A stretch of DNA of 64,000 bases from Fistulifera solaris (Eukaryota). The stretch's first letter is position 1. Each line of letters starts with the position of its first letter. The notes under the pieces were generated by a model. That model was not told the DNA's origin, ran no database searches, and was given only the letters and a program-made list of their open reading frames with translations. Positions 1-12,833 of the stretch are shown piece by piece. Where the stretch lies: NCBI GenBank assembly GCA_030295235.1, contig AP026124.1:2046001-2110000 (forward strand), given 5' to 3'. The position numbers and the translations under genes are program-made.

Positions 1-131
1 GGGACGATCGAAGGAGAAGAGTTCTCGAACAGCAAGAAGAACGATTCGACCAAATGTTGTTAGAAAGGTTGAAAGCTAAAAAATCACTTTGTGGTAACTT
101 CTTTGAATTTAGTAATACGCATGGCAGCTGA
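1..131 (+). CDS. 3' end of an upstream gene (partial, hypothetical)
   Basis: Open frame from the window edge, DDRRRRVLEQQEERFDQMLLERLKAKK...HGS, ending at TGA 129-131; convergent with the Rad9-like gene. Confidence 0.35.
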   Translation, partial: DDRRRRVLEQQEERFDQMLLERLKAKKSLCGNFFEFSNTHGS

Positions 132-137
132 ATCACA

Positions 138-1132
138 TTAGCTGTCCGTTTGAGTTCCATGTAACGGCTTGAGCAACTCATGGTCAAGAGTAGCAAGCAC
201 CAGACGTGCCGAGAGAGAGTCGCCTTGCGCATCCAGCACCAAAGGTCGACCACCCCAGTGAAAGAATAGCGTAGCATCAAGTTCGTGATCCAGATGCGAT
301 TGAGAACAATATTGCAGCATCGATTTGGCTTCTTTGATGGAAAAGACCAAAATGACTTCGGAATTCACATCCTCCGGAATATTCTGATTCTCGTCATCCT
401 CGCGACTTCGATTCTGATGGAAATCAAATTCATAAAACTCGTCACATCCTACCGCTGTTTCCGTTTTCAAAATACTGGCGTGTGTGGCCTGCAAGACCGC
501 GTTTTGACTTGTCGTGGTGGCCGCGTCGGTGTGATGAAACGACGATGCCGAAACACATTGCGCATCGTTCCGAATGACCAATGCCGCTTGATTTGTATTT
601 TTCAACGGCTCTAACAGTCGCAACAACACTTTGGGTGAACTGCGAATTTCCGAAGCATCTTCCGTGGGTGCTACAGGTGTCACTCCCGTTGCGTCGGCCG
701 CTTTCATCCGGTGCACGACAGTCATGACAGCGTCTTGATGTTGAATTTGAAATTCAAACGAAAGAAACAGAGCATCAGCAATGATTTCACTTTTGATGCG
801 CAATCCAGCAACGCCTTTGCGGGGCTTTACTACGGCGGCGAGTGCTCGCAGTGAGGCCCGACACGAGAAACGGTCCTCGTCGGTTTGCGATTCTTGACTG
901 CTCTCACGGCGTCGTTTTTTGACGCGTGATGACAGTGGAGGAGCCGTGCATCTTTCGAAAAAGGAGGATTCAAACCGGAAACAGGCAAAGGCGGACTTGC
1001 CGTCATTGATCGTCCGCAAGGACAGCCCCTCGATGACATCGAACTCCAAATAAAGATCTTTTCCGATTCGACTCAAACATCCGATAGAAGAACAAAAGGA
1101 CGGACCGCGTGACCAGGAATTACGCAGTCCAT
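138..1132 (-). CDS. RAD9: Rad9-like 9-1-1 checkpoint clamp subunit
   Basis: CLSRIGKDLYLE...LSLRTINDGKSAFACFRFESSFF, FSIKEAKSML and FFHWGGRPLVL...LVLATL match the Rad9 fold. The true ATG appears to be at 1132 (MDCVIPGHAVRPF), joined by a 1-bp deletion in the A-run at 1095-1098. Confidence 0.8.
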
Positions 1133-1714
1133 CTCACTTTTTATTGAAAGAGGGCGATTAATAAAAGCGTTCAGAATACTTCAATTGGACCGCCATCGTC
1201 TGCACGGGAAAAGTCGAAAGGACCGAACCACCACAGAAGCAGTCCCGTATTGAGTGAATCATGAGTTGCCAGAACGGGGGAGAATAAAAGAGACGGACCG
1301 AGGAACACGATAGGACAGTAGTCAATGAGGAACGTTACCACAGTCTACTTCATACTCTTTCTCCCCCACCGCTCTACTCCGAATAGAAAACGAAGCGAAG
1401 TGACCGAAACAACCGTGAAAACAAAATGCGAACCGATCCGTCCCTACCAGTACAGGCGTTCTTTCTTTCTTTGATAGCCAATGAATTAAGTTGTGATGAA
1501 TAAAGCACGTTTGTGGTTTGTGTTCCGCTTGAGTCACATGAACGAACGTAAAAAGTCCGCGAAGGAAGTACCTACATTACATTGGATACAAGATACAAGG
1601 CACGACGACGACTCCCCACACTCCGAGAAAAGCGTTTGGCAATTTCTATCGGCGATTGCACGAATACATTCCGTATATAATTATTATATTTCTTCTTCTT
1701 GAAAGACGAAAACA

Positions 1715-2416
1715 ATGGTGATCGAAATAATGAAAGTCGATGAAACAATACCAAGCAACATGGTCAAGCTCTCAGCTGCTCGGGATGATGTAAAATACGT
1801 GGAAGGGGTATGCATCAGCATGTACCCATCATCATCTACGCTATCCGATTTATGGCCCGAGTCCGACGCCGATGATACGTCAAGCTTATCACTATGTGGT
1901 TCACATGGTGCTCTCAGTTGGAAGTCGTCTGCTGACATAGATCCGACAGAGAAGATACCGGCACTCGTACTGGCTCCCGAAAGCCAGGAAATTATCGAGA
2001 ATGAAGTCGCACTTTTGGGCAAAATAATGGAAAGGTCAAGACACCTTCCAGGCACATCTCACTACGCTTCAAACCACATTATGGTCAACAAGGAACGAAC
2101 TAAGAGAGTTACAGCTCCTTTAGTAAGATTACATGAGTTAGACGAGTTAGCGCGAAAGCAGGCGCAGCGCATGGCCGACCAGAGCGAATTGTTTCACTCG
2201 TTCCCCGGAGAGATTCAGATGAACTTTCATCGTCCGTCTCGCCGCTTTGGTGAAAATATTGCTCGAGGAGTGTCGATCCATGACATTCACATTGGCATGA
2301 TGCGAAACCGTGCCGATCGCAACAACATATTAGATCGGCGTTTCACAAACATGGGCATGGGATCCGTCCGTGGCTCAGACGGGAATTTATACCTATGTCA
2401 AATATTTCGAGGATAG
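1715..2416 (+). CDS. CAP/SCP (PR-1-like) domain protein
   Basis: C-terminal VNKER...LDELARKQAQRMA...LFHS...GENIARG...NILDRRFTNMGMG...YLCQIF is a CAP domain. Confidence 0.8.
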   Translation: MVIEIMKVDETIPSNMVKLSAARDDVKYVEGVCISMYPSSSTLSDLWPESDADDTSSLSLCGSHGALSWKSSADIDPTEKIPALVLAPESQEIIENEVALLGKIMERSRHLPGTSHYASNHIMVNKERTKRVTAPLVRLHELDELARKQAQRMADQSELFHSFPGEIQMNFHRPSRRFGENIARGVSIHDIHIGMMRNRADRNNILDRRFTNMGMGSVRGSDGNLYLCQIFRG

Positions 2417-2813
2417 AAAGATAGGCGTCTTTAAAGCATGTATTGTACAAAATGAATAAAGGTAAAACTATTCTTACCGTCCCGTAATTATGAAATTTGA
2501 AATGGTATCAATCTTTGAAATGGTGTCAATCATTTTTTCTCGTCTGTCCATCTTGATAACGAAAGGACACTACATGCCAAAACGACTGAATTTGTTTTCG
2601 TTCGTTTTGTACTGGAACAGGTACGCACCCAAGAACCGCACACAACAATGCCTGATCTTTCGTGAACAGCGTTCTACGGCTCAAGCAATAGTTTAGTTTG
2701 ATTGTATCGAAAGGGACAACCGTTTAGCATTGACTTGTTGCCGCGACACGATTCATTTCAGACATCTAGATTATGAGCACTCGATCACGAAGCATATATT
2801 CATAATCCAGAGC

Positions 2814-4508
2814 TCATGTGAAACAGTGCTCACGGAAATCTGCAACAAATTCATCAAGGTCGTCGCTTGAACTTCTACCGGGAAAGTGTTTCATCAGTTC
2901 GGCAAGAAAATCTCGACTGCGAGCTCGCTTAGCAAAGATGTCACACGCGGTTTCGTTCTTCTCCGTAGAGACTTTCACGAGCGGCTTTGCATTTTCTCCG
3001 TCCTCGGAAAACCCGTCGAGAGATTCCATGCAGACATTTTCTTCAATTTGTTTAGGTAATGCATTGAGATGCTTTTGCAACTCAGCGAGTAGTTTGTTCT
3101 CATAATCTTGATACCGACATCTATCGTCGCGGCTATCAGCGTCCAATCTGGGGGCCATACTGGGCTTCTGAGGTTTAACTTTAACGTCGCCAAGACCTGA
3201 GAAAATCAAAATTTTGTTCGTGTTCGTCGCGTCGCCCTTGTGTTCACGCTCGGTGGTCGAAGGATTGCTCCCATCAACGGTAAAAACTTCTTGTTGATCT
3301 TTTGTGTTGCGAATATTCGAGTCGCCTCTCTCATTGAATGGATGGCTGGGATTGAGGTCAGACGAACCGTCGCGAATGGCAGCACCATCAATAGGAAATG
3401 TATTAACTCCGATCTGGATCTTTTCTACAAGAGCTGTTGTCTCGTCCCAAAACAATTGCCAGTCGCGCGGCTCGCTTCCCGAGCTTACTGTTTCGTAGCT
3501 CGCTTGTAAACATGTTTGCAGTCCCGAGACATCCAAAAGCATTGACTGAATATGTCTAAGAACTTGGCTATCGTCACCGTCGGGGGAGATCGCATCTTCT
3601 GGATCGACAATGGCGGAAAAATAGGCATTGGCTTCAGATAGAACCAAACACAGTGATTCGATTCGTTCAAAAGTACTTTCAATTTGTGAGGAGGCAAAGA
3701 AATGATTCAGCATTCGAGTCACAAGGGATGCGCTTTCCTGCCTCAAGCGCTTGAGCGCTACGAGAGTGACCACGCTTGTCTGATCGATCTCATTCACATC
3801 CTGTTCGCATAATTCCAGCAGCAAAGAGTTGATCTCCATCATTTTTTCCTGCAATCTTGTCCGCAAGGCGAATAGTGATGTATGCGAAAGAGATTGTTTT
3901 CTCAAAAACGCTAACTCCAACCGACTCACGCTCCGCGAGGAGGAACCTAGACCGAGCTGGATGCTCGTCGACGCTTGTAAGAAGCGTAAAAGGCGGTCTA
4001 CCGTGTGTATCCATTCCGCAATTTGGCATGTCAGCAAAGTGAGACGGTGCAAGGATTGGCAAGATGGGATGATTCGGAACAGACGGCGGTCAACCTCTAG
4101 TGGTGGAGCACCTATACTGCAGAGTATTCGAGACGTATCGTTTCTAGTCTCTTGATACATCGTCTGTTGTCGTGCCGTCATTCTCTTGTGAATTACTTGA
4201 ATTGCTGCCATTGCGATCATTGTGATTGCCGAACAGGAACCGATCAACAAAACGTTGAAACGGAGAGTTGTTGGTTGAGCCAAGAGTCCTGCACCGAAAG
4301 CAATTATCCCCGTAGCGCAACCATGACAAATTTCACCAAAATGAAGCACCTTGAACGGCTTGACGTCCGATTCCTCTACAGTTGTAAAATCTGGTGTATC
4401 GTTTTTCCCAATCTCGTCGTGCTCCTCGTCGTCCGCGGAAGAAAAGTTATCCAAATGAAACTGAAGTTGAGGGTTTAACATCACTAGACTGGCGTCAATC
4501 ACCAACAA
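2814..4508 (-). CDS. Hypothetical membrane/coiled-coil protein, weakly vezatin-like
   Basis: 564-aa ORF with two N-terminal hydrophobic segments, followed by LRFLQASTSIQLGLGSSSRSVSRLE, which recalls the vezatin motif. Start codon uncertain. Confidence 0.5.
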   Translation of the reverse strand: MLVIDASLVMLNPQLQFHLDNFSSADDEEHDEIGKNDTPDFTTVEESDVKPFKVLHFGEICHGCATGIIAFGAGLLAQPTTLRFNVLLIGSCSAITMIAMAAIQVIHKRMTARQQTMYQETRNDTSRILCSIGAPPLEVDRRLFRIIPSCQSLHRLTLLTCQIAEWIHTVDRLLRFLQASTSIQLGLGSSSRSVSRLELAFLRKQSLSHTSLFALRTRLQEKMMEINSLLLELCEQDVNEIDQTSVVTLVALKRLRQESASLVTRMLNHFFASSQIESTFERIESLCLVLSEANAYFSAIVDPEDAISPDGDDSQVLRHIQSMLLDVSGLQTCLQASYETVSSGSEPRDWQLFWDETTALVEKIQIGVNTFPIDGAAIRDGSSDLNPSHPFNERGDSNIRNTKDQQEVFTVDGSNPSTTEREHKGDATNTNKILIFSGLGDVKVKPQKPSMAPRLDADSRDDRCRYQDYENKLLAELQKHLNALPKQIEENVCMESLDGFSEDGENAKPLVKVSTEKNETACDIFAKRARSRDFLAELMKHFPGRSSSDDLDEFVADFREHCFT

Positions 4509-4710
4509 AACATCTCCCCCTTCCTACTATTTCCGTCTTGCCTTTGCGAGAGGGGCTTTGAAGGGTTAAAAACAAAAAAAATGTGAAATAAAAAATTAAC
4601 AAATAAAGGGATCGAGGCGATAATAATAAAGCAAAATAAAATGCTTTCGTTCCAGGACTGCCATCCTGTTGAGTCACAACAAATGATCACCCCCACACTT
4701 TGACCCATAG

Positions 4711-4719
4711 TACCTGGTA
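4711..4719. promoter_or_regulatory. TACCWGGTA intergenic palindrome (representative copy)
   Basis: Exact copies at 4711, 9368, 23041, 32000, 47720, 51793, 56340 and 58017, all intergenic. Confidence 0.5.
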
Positions 4720-4904
4720 TTCACGGAATAAAGGAAAATCTTTCGTTTCTCGCATCACACGAAGCCAGAACTCCATTAAAACATTTTTGGAAGGATATCA
4801 TTCATTCAACATCATACTGCGAAGAGCGACGTTCGCGGTAAAGGACAACAAGGTAATACACAACAGCCATCATTCTATTTATGTGAAGGGTTCGTTAAAC
4901 AGGC

Positions 4905-6109
4905 ATGGGTAAATTGAAGAGAAAAAGTTTGTCAAAGTCCAGCAAAGTGGTTTCGGTCGCCGAAACTCCAGCAGTCTATTCGGAAGATCTTGGTACTAAA
5001 GGAATAAAACAACTTCGCAATGGTCAAGGGGCGTCGTTAGAAGGATTCTCTCTTGTTGTGAACTCCACTGAAAAGAAACGGAGGCTGGAAAGAAAGGTAG
5101 GTCTCATTCATGATGATGATTGCAGCGCAGCCATCGCCGACCTTAATCTTTCATCTCTCAGGCACGCTTTAAAGTTACTGGCGACAAGTCAAAGACAATA
5201 GACCTTCTTTATCGCCCTCTTGACGCAGCAAGAAATAGTCACGACAAAGCCGGATCAAAGCAAAGTGATCGGTTAATTGGAGAGAATACCTCCCTCGAAA
5301 AGCCGTACCTCCGTTTGACGGACTTTCCCAAAAAAGAAGACGTTCGACCGCTGAGCGTCTTGGTCAAGTCATTAGCTCACATTAAAAATCGTTACATTAA
5401 AGATGAAGACTTTGAATGGGCAAACGAACAGCTGAAAAGCGTACGACAAGATCTTACGGTGCAACGACTTCGCAATTCTTTCGTGCTAGAGGTTTACGAG
5501 ACGCATGCTCGCATACTGCTCGAAGAGGGCGATCTCGACGAGTTCAATCAGTGTCAGACTGTCATTCGAAGTATTGTAAAAGGTGCTGGGTACGACGATG
5601 GATGCGGGGAGATGCCTTCGGAAGAAATAAGGGACAGCAATACCCCTCTCGCCCAGAACGAGGAAACGGAGGACGAATTCCGGGGTTATGGCATTCTCTA
5701 CGCACTGGTACGAAATGCATGGTCCCAACTCAAGTTGGAGTTGGCTCAAGTCAATGCGAGTAGCTTGGAAGGACGCGAGGGAATCGAACTAAGTTCTGTC
5801 CACGCCATACAAGTTGTCAAGGCGGTGCAGGAATGCGACTACCGCACATTCTTTCGACTTTATGAATGCGCCCCACATTTGTCGGCTTATCTGATGGATT
5901 TTCTGGTCAAGCGGGTGCGCAATGAAGCGTACAATCGTATTATAGCATCACATCGTCCCACTGTTAGCATCGAGTACATTCGCGATGCACTGCATTTGGC
6001 AGATTTGGAAGAGACCAGAAGATTTTTGCGACAACAAGGTGCTTCGTTTATTCATGAAAAGGGAGAGCCGACGTTTTGGATTGATTGTAAATCCAGTCTA
6101 TCAGGCTAA
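4905..6109 (+). CDS. SAC3/GANP/THP3 family protein (LENG8/THP3-like)
   Basis: EKPYLRLT..P....VRPL..L...L...K, EQLKSVRQDLTVQ, VYETHARILLEEGDLDEFNQCQT and IDCK at the C-terminus. N-terminal exon structure uncertain. Confidence 0.85.
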
Positions 6110-6599
6110 ATGTGTCTCTTTCGTGTTCTTTCACAATCACTGTTTAACTACTGTCATTTTTCTGCGAAGAGCTTCCTTATTCGATCTAGTAATGTTGTTG
6201 GCGGAAGAATGTTTACAAGAGGTAGCAGATAGATAAAGTATTAATACGTCGGGGCTTGCTAGGTTGTTTTGCAAGCGTTAGTTTAAGATGGTCTAATCCT
6301 GGGCATTGCAAGTTCGACCAATAGACAATCGACGACGACGACTCGTGAATAATTTCACGTGACTTAAGATATGATCGTGACGTCACAATGTGACCCTCGA
6401 CCTCTAGGTTTTTCTACTGCAGTAGCAAAATGCGTGGCCCTGAACGGCTGTTTCGTCACCGCTCGTTTTTGATGGGGACGAAATTGAGCGATCAACGTCA
6501 CCGCGGCAAGACCGGTCGCTGAAACTTTGGAGCTCGCTCTACATGGTGCAGAAAGGCAACGATTGCCAGTGCATTGACCAATAAGTTTAGTTTTTAACC

Positions 6600-7731
6600 A
6601 TGACAACCGACACCACAAAGGAAAAGGGAGAAGGCAGCGGTGTGCCGTTTTACGATGATCTGGAGAATTTGAAAAATTGTGCGATTTTTTGCGAAGCAAA
6701 AATGGTCCTCCTGTGAGAGAAGCATTGCTGATGGAAAAGCGGGTCCATTACTTGAAAGGTACGCGCTTTCGTTTTCCTTTAGAATGATTTCTAGCCAGTC
6801 TAACAAAGTTTCCAAAATCAGGAGAGAAGCTTGTCAACTTTATGTTCGAGCCGAAAAAGGGTGTCAAATGGCCGAAGAAATTGCCGAAATTTGAGAGTCG
6901 ACAAGATGCGATTGCTGTGTGCAAAGAGCTTTGCAAGCACCAATTCCTTCTTCGATCGGAGAAGCGAGGAAAAGGAGATCTTGGTGTAAGTTATTTGTTT
7001 TCACGTAATCTCTTTTACTCCGCCATCGAAAATAAAAACTAACTTTCCGGATTTATCAGGTCTCCCGAGTCCGCGAATTCGACGAGGCTGGTTACTTCAC
7101 GTGGCTTTATGAAGGGGATAAAACGGTCAGCCATGTTATGACGACTCTTCTCATTGTGGGGTTCTTGTTCTGCGTTTGCTTCCCTATATGGCCTGCTTTC
7201 CTCCGACTTTTTGTCTGGTACATGTCGGTTACTTTCCTCCTATTCACTTTCGGGTTGATTACTCTTCGTGGTTTTGCCTTCTTGTTCATCTGGATGATTG
7301 GCTTCGAATTCTGGTTCCTTCCGAACTTATTTGACGAAAGTCTCGGTTTTGTAGATTCTTTCTCTCCTGTTTACTCTTTCGAATCAACAAAACCCGGTCA
7401 ATTGCCTTACCGAATCGGTGTTGCCGTCGCGTTCTTCTCCTTTTGCTGGTGGGCCATCACGCAACCATCGGAATTTGATGGTTTTGTTGCGGCGCAGGGA
7501 GATTTCTTGAAGGATCTGTACGCCGGTACACTATTGTCGGATATGTCTCAGAGTGACAAAGAAAACATCGACAAACCAAAGGTCCAATCTCTCGAGGATC
7601 TGCTGAAGAGTTTGGAAGATGATATGGAGAATGAAAACTTCCGAAAAGAAGTTGATGAAGAGGAGAAGCTAGAGTCGTTGCTTGATAACCTCGTCGGGAC
7701 GGAAGAAAATGTCGAAGAAGAGGAAGAATAA
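6600..7731 (+). CDS. SEC62: Translocation protein Sec62
   Basis: KRVHYLKGEKL, YFTWLYEG, CFPIWP..LR..VWY.SV and FWFLPNLFDESLGFVDSF.P.YS. Introns at about 6759-6821 and 6985-7059; 1-bp deletion in the A-run at 6672-6676. Confidence 0.9.
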
Positions 7732-7860
7732 AGAAAACTGCTGTAGGTGTATTCTCTAATATCATAAGTTTTATTGTGCCATGCAGAGTCGTAAAAAACT
7801 GCTCGAAAGAATTGTTTTCGCTTTTCCACGCTTACTCATAGATAATCAAAGTGTATTTAT

Positions 7861-9019
7861 CTAAAAGGCGCTTTCGCTTGAAAAAGCATGGGTGCTCCCG
7901 TGAAGGGATGAAAAAGGATAACTGCTCGGCATGGAGGCACAGCGGCATGCCCAGCTCGTGTAATTGTTCCTCGAGATGGAATGAGTCGGCACTGCGTGGT
8001 ATACCGCAGTTGCCTTCTCCTAAGTAGCCGTAAATGTCGTCCCCCAAGATCGGATATCCCAACGCTGCGGTATGAACACGGAGTTGGTGGGTTCGACCCG
8101 TGAAAGGCGTCAACTCGACTCGAGTGACAGGAAGTCGGCTGCCTCCGGGATGATGCAAATATTCGTGTGATCGGACATCGACCACAGTGAAACTCGGCTT
8201 TGGGGCTTGATCAATGAACTTTTGAAATGAAGGATGTACGACCCGATCAGACGAGGAAGATCGTGATTGCGCGACACGCATGAAGGGAGGATGCAACGGA
8301 TCTCGTTCGAGTGCGATATCGACTTCGATCCCAGATAGCAATGGAACATGACCACAAAGTAGCGCTTGATATACTTTCTTCACTTGTCGATTGCGAAAGG
8401 CGTCGTGTAATTTTCGGAGAGCGTCTTCCTGCAATGCGTACACAATGATCCCACTCGTGTCCATATCCAATCGATGAACCACCATTTTGTCAATGTCGAT
8501 AGAGGGGGACAATACTTTGTGGACCAGACCCGCCAAGGACGGATTGCGACGCGGCCCGGGTACACTGAGGATTCCCGATGGCTTGCTAACGACGCAAATG
8601 TGGTCGTCGTAGTAGAGTATGTGCAAATGTTGGGCTGGATCCAGTTTCCGTGAAGCTCTGGTTTCTGCGGCAATTTTCATTTGTAATTTTCGTTTTTCTT
8701 CCGATGAAAGACTGTTATACACATCCAACCGCCGAGCTGCCGAATGGGATAAATGATCCAAATTCATGTTCATCAGATCCAGATCGGTGATAGCGCGAGC
8801 GGGCGGGACGCTGTTAGCGGTATAGGTTTGCAGCGGCATGAGGTTGCTGATCCAGGGAACTAATTGAACGGTAACGGTTCGCTTCATCAAGAAGGAAGAC
8901 GGTGACAATATGTCCGGGGTGCAGACAGTAGTAGACAGATCGAAGGAATGAACCTTTAGAACAAAGAGGGAGATTGCAGCAAGAAAGACTTTAAAAGAGA
9001 CCGCATTGCAAGCTGCCAT
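7861..9019 (-). CDS. RluA-family pseudouridine synthase (organelle-targeted)
   Basis: KPSGILSVPG, HRLDMDTSG, TGRTHQLRVH, PILGDDIYG and LCLHAEQL. Restoring one base in the run at 7911-7915 gives the canonical HPFTG...F*. N-terminal signal peptide. Confidence 0.92.
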
Positions 9020-9399
9020 AAGCTTCTCTAAAATCCTTCGTTATTTAGAAGAAAGCTTGTCTCTGACGCGGATTTCTCTCAGCAAAATCAGTCCATCGAT
9101 ACCTTCTTTCAAAACGGTTCTGTTATTGCTCTACGATTTTGAAAACTGTCGACGTTATTATCACTTAGTGAGCTGAGAATATTGCAACAGCCAGGAGAGT
9201 CGAAAATGTAAGTTATTTGGTGTTCCACTTTGTCATCGTCGCTCCTATTGTCGTTGCTTTTATCATCGTCGTTTCGAGGAGCAAACGGCTAAAGGGGACA
9301 AAAGTTGAACGCCATCAGTTTCATGACTAATCCAGTCTTGGAAAAAAGCGATAGTAATGTTTTACTATACCTGGTAGACCCAAGTGTGAGCGACCTTTT

Positions 9400-9422
9400 C
9401 CACGACTGCATTTCAGTCATGA
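9400..9422 (+). promoter_or_regulatory. Dyad motif CCAYGACT-N5-TCAGTCAYGA (representative copy)
   Basis: ccacgact-gcatt-tcagtcatga; further copies at 9618, 19175, 19389, 34489 and 52105. Confidence 0.55.
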
Positions 9423-9852
9423 GTCATGAGGTGTCATTTACCGGGCCGGACAGTTACATTGTTACATTACCACCGGTCGTTTTGTTAGTTTGGTAAGCAA
9501 AATTGTCATTATTTATACGATCCATTTACCGTCCGCACCATATACAACTCAAGCCTCATCTTTTTGTCGAGCAAATTGTCACCTTTTCTTCAATACCATA
9601 GTGTAAGCGGCCCTTCTCCGCGACTGCATTCAGTCATGAGCCGTCCTTGTGTCGAGCCGCCGAAAAACGTTGTCTATTAAGGTTAATGACAATCGCAGTT
9701 TCGATGGGCATCGGACGCGATCTTCGTACAGCGGCCTACGAACAGAACGACGATGAGCGCAATAGTGCAATTCATTCTATTATTATTTGTGAGACGATCG
9801 GATTGATCCAGCACCTTACTAATATACTGACGACGACTCGAATACCCCCACA

Positions 9853-12743
9853 ATGGCACCCAAGGATAGTGAAGTCGTAGAAATCTCGGCGACTACAGAG
9901 AAAAAGGGCGATGAGAGTGACAAGAAGACGACCGGCAAGAAGGGTGAAGAGGAGGCCAAGGACACCCTGTCCGAGGAAGACAAAGAGCTGAAGGAGCGTC
10001 TCGAAACGTGTGTTTCTACATTATTGAACGAGAATAACGAAGCAGCAGTGACTATTCCGATTCGATTGAAGGCTCTGGACATGATTGTGAATGAACTGCG
10101 CTCGTCGACCAGTAGCATGACGTCCGTCCCGAAACCACTGAAATTCCTCCGTCCTCATTTTTCGGTCTTGAAAAATCTATTTAATTCCATTACCGGTGAA
10201 TCGTCGTCGGTTGAAACTCAAATGCTGGGTTTAAGGGCTCGTTTGGCGGATGTACTCTCGGTACTGGCCATGACCATGGGCAAACCGGAAGATCGAGAAA
10301 GTTTGCATTTCAAACTGGCGGGTGCCAAGGACTATGAACCTTTGGCACAACATGGAGCCGAATACAAGTCTGCTGCCGACAATTTGGGATCTTGGGGTCA
10401 TGAATATGTCCGAAGTTTGGCGGGAGAAATTGGAGAAGAGTATGCGGCTCGTGTCATCGCCGGGAGTAATCCGGAAGAAGATGAACCGTTTGCGGATCTG
10501 TTGCGTATGGTAGATGTCATCGTACCTTTCCATGTCAACCACAATGCCGAGGCGGAAGCTGTTGACTTACTTATTGAAGTGCAGCGTTTGAAGAACTTGT
10601 TGAAAATTGATACTATCGACGAGAAAAATTATCAACGCATCTGTCTTTACCTAGTTAAAACTGCGGATTACATGTCTGATCCAGATGATCTAGTGGTGAG
10701 TGCATCATCGAACTGGTTATTTTTTGCAAAAGTTGGATTAGCTTTCTCACGTAACTCGTTACTTGTCGGTAGGAAATGCTCGAGACGGCATACGAAATTT
10801 ACCGTTCGCAACATCAGTTTTACGATGCATTACGCGTAGCATTGCGCATGGCGAGACCCGAATGCATTACGGACCTGCTGAAAGAATGCGAAGATCCACT
10901 GGAACGCAAACAGATGTGCTTTTTATTGGGTCGGCACCGGGTCAACTATGAAGTGGATGATAGCGAAATTAAAGATGAAGACGCCTGGAAACTGAACGAG
11001 TATGTTGGCAACGAGAAAATTAGTGAATTTTTCCTGAAACTGGCACAAGATCTGGACGTTATGGACCCCAAAACTCCAGAAGACATTTATAAATCACATC
11101 TCGCCGAGACGGGAGGATTTAGCAGGAGGCGCGACATTGGTGGGGCACAGGTCGATTCGGCTCGAGCCAACCTTGCTAGTACCTACGTTAATGCTTTTGT
11201 GAACGCTGGGTTTTGTCAGGATAAATTAATGACACCGGACAGCGAGTGGCTTTACAAAAACAAGGATCACGGAATGTTAGCCGCGGCGGCTTCCTTGGGC
11301 TCGATTCTTCTCTGGAACGTTGATGACGGCTTAACGCAGATTGACAAGTTTCTCTACTCCTCGGAAGACTACGTGAAAGCTGGTGCCGCCCTTGCCATTG
11401 GTATCGTGAGTAGCGGAGTTCGAAATGAAGCTGACCCTGCCTTGGCTCTTCTTGCCCAATATTTAGAAGAGGACTCGGACTCATCGCACGTGATGAAATG
11501 TGCTGCGTGCACAGGACTTGGCATAGCATACGCTGGCAGCGCACGAGAAGATGTCATGGAAATCTTGTTACCCGTCGTTGAAGGAACAAGTGGCGGACCG
11601 ACGAGAATGATGGAGGTTTGCTTGGCTGGTCTTGCGTTGGGTATGATTTACGTCGGATCCTGTGACGACAATGTAGGCGGAACCATTGTACAACGACTTA
11701 TGGAAGCGACGGAAGAAGAACTTAATCACTCTCATGCAAGATTTTTATGTCTTGGTCTTGCACTTCTGTTCCTCGGTCAAATGGAGAAAGCGGATGCAAT
11801 GATTGAAGCGCTTCGCACGATCGAGCATTCTATTTCGAAGTATGCTGTTCTGATGTTAGAGACAGCTGCATATGCTGGAAGTGGCAACGTGTTAAAGGTT
11901 CAGGAGATGCTCCATCAGTGCACGGAGCATCTTACAGAGGATGCTGAACACCAAATGGCGGCTGTCCTTGGTATTGGGCTTATTACGATGGGTGAAGATG
12001 TGGGTTCCGAGATGGCACTGCGAACTTTTGATCACTTGCTCCACTATTGTGAACTTCCTATCAAGCGTGCAGTTCCGCTTTCACTTGCTGCGCTAAATAT
12101 CTCCAATCCAGACTTCACAGTCATCGATCAGCTGTCACGATTGTCGCATGATCCTGACACCGAAATCGCTCAAAATGCTATCATTGCGTTGGGCGTTGTG
12201 AGCGCGGGTACAAATAACTCCCGTGTAGCTGGATTACTCCGCCAGTTGAGCGAATTTTACAGCAAAGAAGCAAGTCACGTGTTTTGTGTCCGAATCGCGC
12301 AGGGCTTACTCCACATGGGTAAGGGTCTCATGACACTGAACCCATTCCATTCCGATGGCATGCTCATGTGTGGCCCTGCACTTGGCGGTATGCTAGTTCT
12401 TCTTCACTCTTGCCTCGACCTGAAAAGTACAATTCTTGACAAAAGCCATTATCTTCTCTATTACCTGACATGTGCAATGACCCCTCGAATGCTGATTACA
12501 GTCGACGAGAACGTCGACATCGCCCCGGTTACGGTTCGTGTAGGACAAGCTGTCGAGACAGTCGGTCAAGCCGGAAAGCCCAAACGAATTACGGGCTTTC
12601 AAACCCACACCACTCCTGTATTACTTGCGACGAAAGAACGAGCGGAGCTTGGCACGGAAGAGTTTCTTTCTGTCAGTAGCGTCCTCGAAGGTGTGGTGAT
12701 CGTGAAGAAGAACCCTGACTACGAAACAGAAGAAAAGAAATAA
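9853..12743 (+). CDS. RPN1: 26S proteasome regulatory subunit RPN1 (PSMD2)
   Basis: SSTSSMTSVPKPLKFLRPH, GSWGHEYVRSLAGEI, HNAEAEAVDLLIEV, PC repeats and VRVGQAVETVGQAGKPKRITGFQTHTTPVLL. Intron at about 10696-10772. Confidence 0.97.
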
Positions 12744-12833
12744 TAAATTTATTAAGAAAGGCAATGTTTATTCGATTGCTTTGGATTGCCTAACGAAGAA
12801 ATGAAAGGTCGAAACGTAGGAACACCATCCAGC

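Noticed and set aside
2496..2531. 18-bp tandem duplication tttgaaatggtRtcaatc
   Set aside because: Two copies in a convergent intergenic gap, not seen elsewhere. Probably replication slippage.
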